Source of the DNA: Paramecium tetraurelia
Lineage: Eukaryota
Assembly: GCA_000165425.1 (NCBI GenBank)
Contig: CT868141.1
Coordinates: 372,001 to 436,000, forward strand
Direction: 5' to 3'
Length of the DNA: 64,000 nucleotides
Every line of letters starts with the position of its first letter. Position 1 is the first letter of the stretch. Under the pieces are notes generated by a model. That model was not told the origin of the DNA, ran no database searches, and worked only from the letters and a program-made list of their open reading frames with translations. The translations under genes were made by a program, and so were the position numbers. Positions 26,658 through 40,227 of this stretch are shown here, piece by piece.

Positions 26658-29600
26658 TCATATTTCGACCTTGTAATCTTACGATTTTGAATTCTTAACT
26701 TATTCAAAGGAGTACTTTCTTCATATTCAGCTATTTCAGCCATTTCATTTTCTATTTCTGCAATCTTAATTTGTTGCAATTAATTTTAAATTGTATTTCT
26801 TCTTAATAAACTTCGCTTCAAAGTAATAGAGTCTTGTCTTTGGAGTGAATTCTACCTTTTCTTCCCACTACTTTAGTTGCTCATAGTATCCTTCAAACTC
26901 ACCTTACATTCATCATCAAAAAGCATCCTATTGATAATGTTTTGTGGATCCGTATAAGATAATCTTAAATTCGAGACTTCATTATCTTCTTCTCCACTGC
27001 TACTACTACTGTAATTATCCTCAATAAATATTCCTAATCGTTTTATCTCATGACTCTTTATAACACTCTTTTCTATTACGTTGATGTCCACATCGAATCT
27101 TTTAATCCTATAGAACATAACATACAATAGACCTTTATATAATAGTACAATAATTTATTACCTTCAAATTTGATATACAATGGCAGAGTTCTTCTCTATT
27201 TTGCATTTAACTATTTAATCTAATAATTATTTGAATTTGGTGATATAGACTCTGCAACTCTTGCTAAAGCTTCTATAAATTCAATGAATTGCATTTCAAA
27301 GTGTCTCTTTTGAGTAATTTCATCTACTTGCATCATGATGGATTGCAAATAGATAAAATAGAGTTGCTACTCATTTATTAAATTAGGGTAACAATCTGAA
27401 TTTTGGAGTAACATCCTAAAATCTTAAAAAGAAACAAATTTTTCCTTAGCATGTGGTTTATTCGAGAAATTTTGAAGTATAAGAAAATAATTATTTTTAG
27501 AAATGGTAATTTGAATCGAATGGTCATATCCATAATTTATGTCCAATATCTCTCATCTCTCCATTATTATGCATACCCATAATCTAAGATGAAACCAAAT
27601 TGGCCATTCTAAGCTTGCATCATTTTATCAAACCCCTAAGATATGCTTGAACAATTTCCTTGTTTAGCATATGTTTCCTTCGCTAATCTTATCAATAACT
27701 CTAAAAATTGATGTCTAACTAATGCCCTTTCTTGGATATATTAGGATTTCAATTCTTTAATAACTATAGTGCTAATTAGACATATTTCCCAGTCAACTTA
27801 TTTAATCAATTGATTATTTTTAGATTGAGAGTAAAACCCTTATATTGTTTAAATATTTATTCGTGGAAAGTCCTATTCGCATTACTACGAGGCTAAATAT
27901 TTATAGCAAGAGATGATGTATTTATAATACTTCTTCAATTAATCCTAAAATAATTCAATTGTAATTTACTTTGAGAGAATTAACCTCATTGGTATTTATT
28001 AGATGCTTTAATACTTTACTGTTCTCTAGATCTGCCTCCAAACATTATTCTAAATGTGCTTCTGTATCTTCATCGAAATCTTTGAATATTGAGTTATCTA
28101 GAGTCCATTTTCTTTTTTTAGCTAATTCAACATCGAATTCCACAATCTTTTCAGGTACTCTAGGTTTACACTGAATGTTTGCTAGATAATGTTTCTTTTT
28201 ATCAAAAATAGGAGTAGACTATGAGGTTTACATCATATTAACTGTATGCAGAGGTTGACTTTATAACACTTTGCCATTAGAATATTCCATCTGTACTCCA
28301 AAATTCCTCAATTGAGAATGAGTCTAAGTTTAGATAGTCCTTTGATCCTTGGCGTAAACTTAAACATTTTGAACTGGGTTGCTAAAGAAGTATCTAATAG
28401 TTTGATTAGGAGGACACATTCTATAGAGAGTGAAGTATCCATCATTTGTTTTTTGCATATTTGATGGCTAATAATCCTCAAACTCAAGATGGATGAATAT
28501 CGGATCTTCGTCTAAGAATCCTGATTTATGTGGTTTCCATTGGAACATGACTTCGAGCCAACCTTAACAAATCCAGCAGCTCTCCAATTACAAATTAACT
28601 ATATCTACACTCTAAATTCTAATGAATTCATTCTTTTTTTTTTGAGTTTACTATTCCATCTATTACATCTGCAATTCGAGGTGTTTCTTATCTAATTCCT
28701 CAATATTAATGTCATCGTATTATGATTCTGTAACTAATTTTTTGTTTTTCTGTTCTCTTAGATACCCTTAATGGTTTATTTAATAATTTGAATTGCCTTC
28801 AAAATGAAATCCATAAATTATTTTATTGAACTCTAATTCATTTGCAATCTTTTAGGAATCACTGTCTTTGAAATCATTATGTGACAAATCTAAATGAATC
28901 AATTCAGGATGAGGTCTTGCAATAAAATTACAGATTTCATTAGTGCAATCCTTATTCCCTCCCAACTTATTGAATGAAATATCCAGGACCTTTAACACAG
29001 AATTCTTGCACAATCCTTTAAAGAAGAAGATGCCTCCTTTGAATGTTATTTTATTGTAATGTAGATATAATTCCTATATGATATTATTCTATTATTAATA
29101 ATTATAACGAATACCTTTTTCATCATTCTCCCAAATGGCTCCATCACCTAATCTTAAATTTGATTTTGAGACAGATTAAGAATTCTCAGACATTTGTTAT
29201 TTTACAAAGAATCAATTAAGTACTTTAAACCTTAGTCTCCAATTAGATTGTTCTCCAAGTTAAGTTCAATGACAAATTAGTGTTATCTCATTAACAGCTT
29301 CTAAAGAAATAAGCAACCATTTTTAGATATCTTATTATTCTTTAAATCCACTGATTGAACTGATTTTGGTAATTAATCTAAAATGATCTCCAAATCTTCA
29401 TTATCAAGATTATTAGAACTGACATTGAGTCTTTCTAATTAGTGGAATGTTGAGGATCCTAATCCTGCTGCAAATAACTTAATATATTGATGACTACTCA
29501 ATTAGCCAGCAACACTAATTTCTTTTTTATTTAGATTATCAATAATTTGCATCTTTCTAGGCATGCACTGTTGGTCTTGCATAGCCTTATTTAAATTTAC

Positions 29601-30107
29601 GTATATATTATTGGGAGTTTCATTGTAGGATTGAGCATCTAGACATTTATTAGAATGCTTGTAAAATTTATAATAGTCTTGAGAGTTGGGAGTATTAACA
29701 ATTTGCTATCCTAACTTCTAATAATCGATTGATTGACTTTTAGATGAAAACAGGGATTACGCGGAGGGGAAAGAGAGGACAGAGTAGTTTTCTTTAAATA
29801 GTTTCTTTTTTATAATCTACTCTCTTGATATTTCTGGTACTAGATGGTATCTAGAGTTCAAGGGAGGTAGTTTATTTTCTGATAAAACTGGTTTGGAAGG
29901 GAAGAAATGTTTGGTTAGTTATGAATTAGTTGAGTTGGATTCTTTCAGTTAAATGCTTAGGGGTGTATTTGAGTCAGAGATTTAGAATTCTGTTAGATCA
30001 AAAAAGAGATTGTCCTCATTCTGTTTTAGATTCTTAGCATTCTATTCTAACTTGGTGTTGAGTGAGGATTTGGTGTTGATAGATGTTCCTGAGATATTTA
30101 ATTTCAT
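26658..30107 (-). CDS. Large leucine-rich repeat protein (ribonuclease inhibitor-like LRRs)
   Basis: LRR units LERLNVSSNNL, LHLHYNKI, LKVLDISFNKLG and LIHLDLSHNDF; C-terminal LVRHQFLELLIRLA and FIEFIEALARVA segments. Confidence 0.8.
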
Positions 30108-30180
30108 TTTTATTAAAAAGTAGTTAATTTAACAAATAAGTAATTTATTAAACTAATATTTTTAAATTTCTTCCTCCAAA

Positions 30181-31270
30181 ATGAATTAAAATAAAGAGAA
30201 TGAATATCTGGTGGATGTCCAAAGTTATTTCACCAATAAGTGCATGATGTCAGCAAGGAGCTCGTCATTGCATGAAGAGAATACGATTAAGTTTAATCGA
30301 AGCAAGAATTTATTTGAATAAAAACAATAGGAAAATGAAAAAGTTTAACTATTCACTAGTAAATTTAGGAATTAAAAAAGAGATGGTCAGATATAGCTAA
30401 GGATTGGCAAAGAAACAAAAGAGATGTGAAAGTATTCCAATTAGCAGAATTCGGCATACCCATAAGTGCCAGAAAATAAGTCTGGCCTCTCATTGTAGGC
30501 AATAAACTATAAATTACCAAAGAACTTTATAATATCTTACAAGTTCAAAGTAAAACATTTAAATTGGACCAAAGAAAACCCTTAGGAAGACTGTCTTCAT
30601 TTAATCATGTCAAATAAGACCTAGGGAGAACATTCAAAAACGAAAGTATTGATCCCCATTAATAACATCATTAGGCTTGCAAAAGATCTTTCATCCAGGA
30701 GGACCTCTAAGCGAGAACTTGCAATCCATTCTTGAAGTATTCTGCTTATATAGACCAGATATTGGGTATGTATAGGGGATGACTTATATTGGATCGATCC
30801 TGCTAACGTATTTCGATGACTATCAGGCGTTTGTTATCTTTAGTAGTTTAATAACGCATCCTCAATTAATATCGATATTTATGCTTGATGAACAGAATCT
30901 CCAAGTCATATTCCAATAATTTGAAAAACTAATCAAACTCAACATCCCACAAGTTCATAAACTATTTAAATAATATAACATCAATTGTACTAATTATTTA
31001 CTCGATTGGATCTTGACTCTCTTTGCAAAACCTTTGAATCCAGATATTGTAGGTAGAATTTGGGACAGGATGCTATTTAATGGTACTCATATCCTATGGA
31101 AATGTGGAATTGCTATATTGAAGATATTAGCTCCAAGATTCAAGGATTAGGAGAAAACTCTTTAGAGTTTAAAAAATCCAGAAATAAAAGATGATGATTT
31201 GTTATAAGAGATGAAGAGTGTTAATTATCCCTTTGAGATTTAAGAGGTTTTAGGTAATATTGAATTATGA
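30181..31270 (+). CDS. TBC-domain Rab GTPase-activating protein (TBC1D12/14-like)
   Basis: GIPISARKQVWPLIVGNKL, VKQDLGRTF (Arg finger), YRPDIGYVQGM (Gln finger) and RIWD. Confidence 0.92.
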
Positions 31271-31308
31271 TATACTTCACATGCATATATTTATTCTCTT
31301 TGTGATAT

Positions 31309-32228
31309 TCACATTTGATCAAAATATTTATACAACTCTGTCCAAGCAATTCTTTTGTCTTGGTCATATTCTAACATCGAATTGAGAATGAACTAAGTTT
31401 TCTCTGATGTTTTTGTGTTCTCATGATGAATGATTTCTCTTGATAAAGTGTTATTTTACTTTTATTTTTGGTTTCATACAAATAGATCTAGTGATTCTAA
31501 TCAGAGAAGGGTAATTCCCCATAAATCATCAAGTAGAACAAACAACCCAAACTAAAGATATCAGCAGTGTTGTTGTATTATTTAGATTGAACAACCTCTG
31601 GAGCCATGTAGCCAAGCATCCCAATAGTCAGGGTCATAGGATTATCATTGTTATACTAAATGCATAAAGTTAAAAAGTAGACTTACTGAATCCCAGGTCT
31701 CCTAACTTGATTTAATCATTATGTAACAGAATATTCTTCATTTTTATGTCTCGATGCATCACATAACATTTTTACAGATCTTGCATTCCTTTAAGCATTT
31801 GTTTCACATATACGATAGCTTCTTATTCACTAAAGTGTTTATTTTTATCCAGCCAAAGTTTCTCAATGTCTCCCTCTGTGATAAATAAATAAAGACGTAT
31901 TACAATTACAATACTCCATAACAATATATGAATATTTGTTTTATTGGAATTCATCAATAAATTTTACAACATAGTTGCTCTTAATGAGTTTCATGTTTTA
32001 TTTTTCTGTTTCATGCAATTGTCCCACTAGTCCTCCATGATTCTTAAAGGTTGACATAGCCACTGCTTTTATTGCTACATTCTCGTTGGTTTATACGTTG
32101 ACAGCCTTTTTATATTAACAAATTATCTTTACGTGATACACTTTGCAATATCCTCCTGATCCAATGAGTTTGACTATTTCATAGTGTTTTAATCTCTTTC
32201 CAGGAATGTGTAATTGCTTTTATTACAT
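31309..32228 (-). CDS. Ser/Thr protein kinase (ULK/CAMK-like, kinase domain only)
   Basis: GSGGYCKV, VAIK, HRDIKNENILL, DLG, GYMAPE and DIFSLG; several short introns. Confidence 0.9.
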
Positions 32229-32255
32229 TACAAATTTTAATATATATATACTTTG

Positions 32256-33673
32256 TCATAAATCAAACATCAGGATGGTTTCAATATAAAAAAGTTGATC
32301 AAGTCTTCTGTTCTGAACATTTTTTGTAGAGTATGAACATTCTAAACTATTTATTGGAATTCAATCAATTCATTAAAGCAGAACATAATCTAATAATAAT
32401 TCGAATATGCTTACAATAACATCATGGTATTGCGTGATGCCAAAACCTTTAGAATCCCAAACGAAGTAGTTTTATTTTACATCTGAATTGCCAAGAGATT
32501 GGGAGATCATGAAATCCTTATACAGTTCTCCATATTATTGCATATAGAACTTGAAAGTCTTGGAGTTCTTTCCGAATGGTTAGAACATTGGCAGGAACAC
32601 TTGTCCTGAAATGTGTCTGACGATGAAATGCTTGATTTGAGTCTAATTCTCTATGCATTTGGGAGTGATTGGGTTATTTTGAAGACATGTGAATAGACTT
32701 TGCTCTAAACCATTTTAATCGAATTTCTTAATCAAAGTTGAGGAGGCCTCCTTGCACTTTGTGAACATGTCCAACGAGTTGTCATCGGATATCATTACTA
32801 TCCCAATAGTGTTTTAATAGAAGAAGTAGATGTAAGCATACACAAATCCCATTGCTGATAGGCCAGGCAGACACACTGGGATCCAGTTCTCTCCCTTCTT
32901 CAATTGGCCTTATCCCTAGATCATGCTTTGTATGATCGTGATGTCAGAAGTCTTGAATTCCATGTTCTTTTGTCTCCAAATGTCGATCACGTAGGTTTCA
33001 GTCAATAACAAGGAGGCTATCACATTGGCCACTTTGGTTTCCTTTAAATTATTGTGTATAAAGGATCTCAATGAGGCTGTCATGGTCAAAGTGCAGATTG
33101 AATTGAAGGCTATGCATGGAGAATATAATCCGTTCTTTAGGGCCAACGTCAATAGATTTCTGGATCCTCCCAGAGAATATGCCAAATCATAATTGGGTTT
33201 TTGGGTTAATTGGACATTTGCTTAATCTGTGACTATGGATATCAATTAGGTGTTGAGAAAATCCAACATCTGGTAAATGATGAATTCCGAGTCCTATGAA
33301 GAATAGCAGTTGTGTATACTTGGAGGACATTCGTTGCGCAGATGCAAGTGATTTAATTTCTTTGCAGAATGTAAATATTGCTTTTGTCATGCGAAATCTT
33401 AAATAGGGTTTGTTTTTCTTTGTCTTCAAAAAAGAATAGAAGGAACTTTTGGAAGATGGCATTGATGGTGGCTAAAAAGATGGAGGACTTGTGATATGTT
33501 ATGAATCTAAATACTTTGATTTCGCTCCCATATCTCACATAAATGGGTCTTCCTGTATTGGTCATAATAAATACATGTCTTTTATGTGTGAAGAACTCTG
33601 GGATGTCAGGCGAGATCTCCTGATAGGAAATGTTGATGACATGAGGTTTGTATTAGTATGATTCAGTACTCAT
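32256..33673 (-). CDS. MON1: Vacuolar fusion protein Mon1 (SAND family, Rab7 GEF subunit)
   Basis: KRHVFIMTNTGRPIYVRYG, PNYDLAYSLGG and ENWIPVCLP are hallmark Mon1 motifs. Confidence 0.92.
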
Positions 33674-33714
33674 TAATTAATATTAATTTTCTTATGTGAT
33701 GTGAACATATTCAT

Positions 33715-35118
33715 TCAATATTATGGCTAAAAGACAGCATTGTATCTGGCAATGGATGGACCCTCTTTCGAAATACTCTTATCTAGTGTGATACACCTTC
33801 TCAAATTGTGGCTACGATCTAGATATACACAAATACTTATAATGCCATCAAACTTCCTCCCTACCAGACAGCATATCTTTGGAACGGGTTCTGAGTGACA
33901 TTGACCTTGATGGATGCAGGCTTTAATATATAATGAGATAGATAATACTTTGAATCCAGACCTTTGTTCGTATTTCTAGAGTCTGGAATCGATTCTCAGT
34001 TAAACTTGCTGTTCCAATCTTTGAGAAAACCCATCAAACAAAGTGGATCCACCGGATAAGATGATATTTTGATATAATTTCTTTCTGCAATCCACAGGGG
34101 AGGTTTAGATGGATTTATCGATGACTTCATCAATGGGAGATCTCCATTTGCCATCCAAGAATTCTGGATGGAAGAACATCTCAGGACCTAAGAATCTTTC
34201 GTAACCAATGTCGATTGTGTATTTCTCTTTGGTAACTGAGCTCTTTCCATAATAGGTCTTGAATTTGTTCTTGTCTCCTCTGTCATAAGCTTGGAATTCC
34301 TTGATGAGGTCTCCATCTCCTATACAATATCCATATTTCTCTTTGACTTCCCTGGCTACTTTTTTGATATCTTCTGCTGGTATGTTTTCTCCTCTCTCCT
34401 TCAATAAATTTTAGATAAATTGGGTGATGTCTCTTCCTGCCAAAGGAATGTGTTTGATACATGATCCTATCACATAACCATCTGCCACAGGAATGCAATG
34501 TGTCACACCATCTCCTGAGTCCAAAACCATGCCTGTCAATCCGGCTGTTTTTTGATAATCATTCACAGGAGCAAAGGCACTAGAGAAGAGGGATAAGACT
34601 GCCTAAACTGAAATGTGCAATCCCTTGGCATTGAATGTCTCAAAAAAGATTTCTGCGATATTCTCTCTATTTTCAGGAGGATTCTATATATCCATATTGC
34701 ATATTTACCATAGGAGGTTCAGTCAAAATGAAGGTTGTTTCATCTGGTTCAGCCCTGAGGTAATCAAATATACTCCTATGCCAAAACTTCTCCATCAGAT
34801 CCCAATTTTCTACGATTCCACTCTTCATTGGATAAAAGATATTGTGAGACTTTGTGTAGTCATAAGCCTCGTATCCAATGTAGTAATCCAAATTCTCATT
34901 AGTATTCTTGCTCATTTGAACTTTTTACTAATATCAATCTGTCGAATTACTTTTTCTTGATGATCTGCCACAACAGTAGGAATATCGAATTGAGGCTCAG
35001 TATTCCCAGCCCATCCCATCTTTGTAAACCCAGTACCTACAATGCACCTCAATCAAATACCATTATCGATGACGCAAACCTTGCTTTGATAAAACCCTTT
35101 GTCAATTGTTTATTGCAT
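33715..35118 (-). CDS. ARP3: Actin-related protein 3
   Basis: [68 protein letters not shown] and [11 protein letters not shown]. Confidence 0.95.
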
Positions 35119-36084
35119 ATGATACTCTATATATATATTATATTAATAATTATTCATTTAACTCATCATACTAAGTTATAAAATACTCGCCCTTTTCTAT
35201 TAACACCATGAACAACTTATTAAGTATATTTCATTTTTGATAATTGATTCCTGAATTTATATGTATCATTAATCAACTTTATTATTTCCTAGTTTAGATT
35301 ATTCTATAATTGCCACTTCTTTGAAAGATTCAAACCCATAAGTACCTCACATTTCTACATTTTATGATTCAAGTCTTCCTACTCATAATAAATAATGAAT
35401 TAAACTAGTTAAAAAAGTGTTTATAATAAATTATATGCATCCAAACAATTCATTTCAAATTAATTAAATATGCATTACTATTTTAAATACCCATCTCTCT
35501 ATTTTTCATGAAGTTAATATTGATATAAAATAAGGTTCATTCATTTTAAATGAAATTTATAGTTCATCTTATTTTATCAACCCATCATCTACCATCAGAG
35601 TAACTCTATTATTTAAGTTTTGTTCTTTCTAAAGATATGATGAAGTATTTTCATTCACTTGAATCTTTAATCAATTTATTCACAATATCATAAAAAAACA
35701 GAATGATATATATATTTCTATTTCCATTACTAGAAGAAATTAAAAGAAGTATGTCAACACATAATCAAATTTCTATATTATAAAAATTATTTAGTAAATG
35801 ACAATTATGTTTTTCAATTCAATATATCAATTTGGTCTTGATATTTTTATCTCACTCTCCCCAGCTCTACAGACTTCTAACTTCGAAAAGTTCCTCTCCT
35901 CTCGATGTTCAGTAAATAACACTTATAAAGTTATATGAGGATATTTAAAAAATGAAATTATTTGGCTATACACAGATGATTGGCTACTCTAAATTTTACA
36001 GAACATAAATAAAATCCTTAGATTTTTTAGATTATATATGCAGCAATTAGTCCTCTCGACTTTCTACAATTATTAAAATCATTT

Positions 36085-38540
36085 ATGATTGAGAGAGGAC
36101 AAACAGTTTACACAAACTTCTATTAGATCCAGATCAACCCAAACAGCCACATTTACAGATATCAAGTAAGATATGCATGTCTATTCTTCCACAGCTATCA
36201 TTTCAACCATTCTTATCTCCAGAACAATAGATATCCAAATGGAGAGACATATTCAAGATTGCTAAGTCAGGTCTTCAAGAGAACCTGAAGGTCTTCATTA
36301 CCAACAACTAAATCCTCTATTCCCCTGTGAGAGCTCAGACCATGGGACTGCTACTTGGAGTATACGAAGAAGAAGGAACCAGTTATTCGATTTCGATCGA
36401 AGAGAAGGCTGTTCTCAAGCCTGGAGAACCTGAGTACACTGGGTTGATTGGAAGATTCTTTAAGATGTTATTAAAGCAGTAGAAATTGTTGCAGATCGGA
36501 AGAAAGTACTTTAACACTAAAAATTTAATTAATTTTGATTAATTCGGATTGAAAGTATATTAAGTTTTAATTATCCAAAGGTATTACCAGGAGTAAGTTG
36601 CAGTCTTATAAAACAAGAAGAACAAGGGAAGTATTACATCAACATCGACTCTTCATTCAAAATGTTGAGGAGCACAACCATGTATGAGGAATTGAGGAAC
36701 TCAAGAGACTTCTCCTAATTGGAAGGGGCCATCGTGATGACAGTCTACAATTACAAATTCTATAAAGTGAATAAAGTGAGTAGGGAGATGAATCCAAAGA
36801 GTGAATTTGAAAATTTAAAAGGAGAGAAGATGAGTTACATGCAATATTACTAAGATAAGTAAGAATAGAATAATAACACATAATAGATATAAGATTGCCA
36901 TCAAGGACGTTACTTAGCCATTGATCGAGGTCTTAGAGAAATCAAGGAAGAAGCAAGAAGAGAAGATCATCTACTTAATACCAGAATTGTGTGTGATGAC
37001 TGGATTATCTAATGAAATGAGAAACAACTTCTAAACTATGAAATAGTTATCCACTGTTACTAAACCCAGAGGAGTAGACAGAGTGAGATAGGCAGACCAA
37101 TTTATTTAGTGTTTTCACAACAAGGAGAGTGAAGAATTAATAAAGAAATGGAATATTCAATTGGAACCTAAGTGTTTGTAGATATAGAGTTCTAAAATCA
37201 AACCAGGCAACATTATGATGGGCAACAACACTGCCATCAATATAGAAACAGGTAATTTAGATAGAGATACTCAAACTGCGATGTTGAGAGGAGTGGGCTT
37301 GGAGAATTGGGGAATCCTTTATAGTGATAGAGATGGTAGATAAGCAGAAGATTTCATGAGTTGTTTGAGAGAGAGTATAGAATATTGTAAGTTTTAATGC
37401 AAGGCTCCTCGTACTTTTGTGCTTCATTCAAATAGAATTGAAGATTGGATTAAGTAAATAGATTAAATTGTCCAACAATCATAAGGACCTTAAAAGGTGA
37501 CCTTGCTCTTATTGATTTTGAATGGGCCAAAGAAGAATGCTCCACTCTACACAGACATCAAAAGATATTTGATCAATGATTGTCCAATAGCCTCTTAGGT
37601 TATATTGAGTTCCACTTTAAATCAACCCAAAGGCAAAGTCAAGACTATTTGCAATAAGTTATTGGTTCAAATTTGTGCTAAAGTTGGAGGAACACCTTGG
37701 GGAGTCTCAGAATTACCATTTACAGATCAACCTACCATGATATGCGGTATGGATGTGTATCATTCCACTGGCAAAGCTAAGAAGTCTATGTTATCATTTG
37801 TATCTACAGAAGATGAATTCTTTAGCAAATACATGACCTAATCAATTGAAATGGAAACTGGAGTAGAATTCTCATTCAGTTTGTGTCCAGTCTTAGTCAA
37901 ATCCTTGCAATCCTTCTGTGGAGACAGGAACGGTCCTTTGCCATCCAGAATCATTATATTTAGAGACGGTGTTTCTAATTCCTAGGCTAAAACTGTTATT
38001 GAAACAGAGGTAGCCTAATTCAGACAAGCCATAGAACAAGTCAAAACAGAAAAGAACTCTGACAAACCAATCAAATTGATAGTATTATCAGTCAACAAAA
38101 AAGTAGGGGCTAAATTCTATGCTGGAGAGAGGTTACTTATCTTCATTATTATTAACTTAGAAACTTAGACAATCCTCCTTAGGGTACTTTGATCGACACT
38201 GAGATTAGCAATGGAAAGGATGATTATTATCTGATTTCACAAAGAACCACCTAAGGAACAGTGTAGCCCACTCATTATCATGTCTTAGTGAATGATATGT
38301 CCGATGAACCTAACATCTTGAAGAAATTGTAGTCCTTGTCTTATAAGCTGTGCTACATGTATTACAATTTCAGTGGAGCCATCAAAGTAATTGTTATTGT
38401 TTTAGTAGATACCTGCACCAATCCAATATGCCCATGTTTGTTCTAATTTTATAGGAGATAGATTCGATCCCAGAAAACCACAATCCTTGATTAAGCCAAA
38501 TCCGATATTGAATCAGAGAAGATCACTCTTCTTCATATGA
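36085..38540 (+). CDS. Piwi-clade Argonaute (Ptiwi family; paralog number not assignable by eye)
   Basis: N-terminal VYTNFY, PAZ domain (YYQDKY..QPLI..YLIPELCVMTGL), MID segment QICAKVGGTPW, and PIWI motifs CGMDVYH, IIIFRDGVS, GTVQPTHY and PAPIQYAH; five short introns; TGA at 38538-38540. Confidence 0.96.
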
Positions 38541-38587
38541 ACATTATTAAATCAAAATAAATAAATTAGAACATTAAATCATAGTCA

Positions 38588-39612
38588 TCATTATTGATAT
38601 TACTGATTCTCCTCTAGATTTTACACATTCTGCATATTTATATTTAGATGATTACCATCAACACATTTGAGTCTTCTGAAGACCTTTGCTTGCTGGTATA
38701 ATTTAGATTCATCCTCTTCATCTTCCTCGTCCACACGTTATTTATTAATTTATGCCTTTTTTGACAATTTTAAGTATTTATTAACCGTATCTTATGAATC
38801 TTGACTTGCTTAAATAACCTAAGCACCCTATTATGATCCGAATCTATTCAATCTCTGATAACATAAACGGGCCCAATTTTATATACCAGAATATTTCTTA
38901 TTTAATATTATCTCTTTATTTGCATTCAGTTTCAGTCACTTTGTACAATATTTGTTTATTTGGATAAGGTGAGTAACCATAACGCTTCTTGTAATCTCTT
39001 TCTTTCTCTCTTATGATTTCAGGATTCTCTGGAAATGACTGATATCTCGATTGCGTTCTCTCCTCAATCATCTATGAGTTCCACCTCCACATTATTACAA
39101 ACAACACCAAACTCATACATACAGTTCTGGACTGTTCCTCCTACTATGGAAGGATGGGTTGTCCTCAAATAAATTTGTGTCTTTGTCTATGAAAGTCCTT
39201 CTCCTCGAAGTCCTAAGTCTTCATTCGAAAATCATAGTAAAACTAAGCATCTGGATTAATAGATCTCTATTGATACTGTCTCTATTGTTGAGGTTATTGG
39301 GTTCTAGTTTCTTAATTCTACTGTTTCCTCTATGGTTATTGTTGTTATTTGTTCAAAATCCTATTTTATTTCTTTCTCTCGTTCTCATCTGTTAATGTAT
39401 TATATGCTGCTACGATTGTTTTAAACAATTCCTATAATAAATTTTCAATGATACTTGGTCACTCTCCTTTGCATTGTGAGAATCAGGATGGTGCTGTTTG
39501 GCCAGAATGTAGAATTACTTTTTTATTTCCTCATTTGTAGCATCACTACGAACTCCAAGTAATTAATAAAATTTTGATTTGAGAATCTATATTTACCAAA
39601 TATTCTTAGCAT
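38588..39612 (-). CDS. DnaJ/J-domain protein, probably mitochondrial, with an apparent 1-nt frameshift near the 5' end
   Basis: YQLLGVRSDATNEEIKKQFYILAKQHHPD..FKTIVAAYNTL; the upstream presequence-like MLRIFGKYRFSNQNF lies in a different frame. Confidence 0.78.
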
Positions 39613-39635
39613 AAAATTAATAAATTAATCATCGA

Positions 39636-40046
39636 ATGAAAAACTTCATGAAAGTCAACACTCACAAAAATGAAATCGCCGCTAATGATAAAGTATTAAA
39701 AGACATAGAACTATATGAAAAAATATTTTTGTCAACCAAATATGAAAATAAAAAACAACAATCCTTGGAAATCAGAAGATTATTGCCGAATATTTAATAT
39801 TCCCAGCATCAGTAATCAACCCTTAGCAGTCAGTAAATAATTACCACTCAATTCGATTAAGATACCAGTTATACAAATCGTAATCAATAGGTATTACATT
39901 TCAATACCTTCTCTAGGATGTCAGAAAAAAACAAATACATTTCTCCTTAATCGATTGTTCCAAGTTCTTGAAGTCGTCCAATTCCACTCACTATGTCCAA
40001 TCAAAAAAGTAAACTTCTCCACTCAAGCAGAAAATTGTTATAGTGA
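39636..40046 (+). CDS. Hypothetical small protein
   Basis: MKNFMKVNTHKNEIAANDKVLKDIELYEKIF..; probable intron near 39891-39917. Confidence 0.45.
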
Positions 40047-40227
40047 ATCATTAAGGCAGACCCCTAACCTATTTCATTTGATGATTGTCAGATTTTTATT
40101 GCTACTCTTCAATTGAAATACCAATCAATTATTTATAATGTTTTGTTATTAAGTCTCATTTATTTTGATTATTCAAAATTCCCAAAATTTAATTATTTAT
40201 TAAATTTATTATTGATATTTGCGCGGT

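Noticed and set aside
36038..36088. Piwi start at the upstream ATG 36038
   Set aside because: That frame ends at TGA after 16 codons; the Piwi frame begins at ATG 36085. At most it is a short upstream ORF, if transcribed.
36085..38540. Prokaryotic Argonaute-type defence system with neighbouring genes
   Set aside because: The gene has spliceosomal introns, uses the ciliate code and is Piwi-clade; its neighbours (ARP3, J-protein) are unrelated housekeeping genes.
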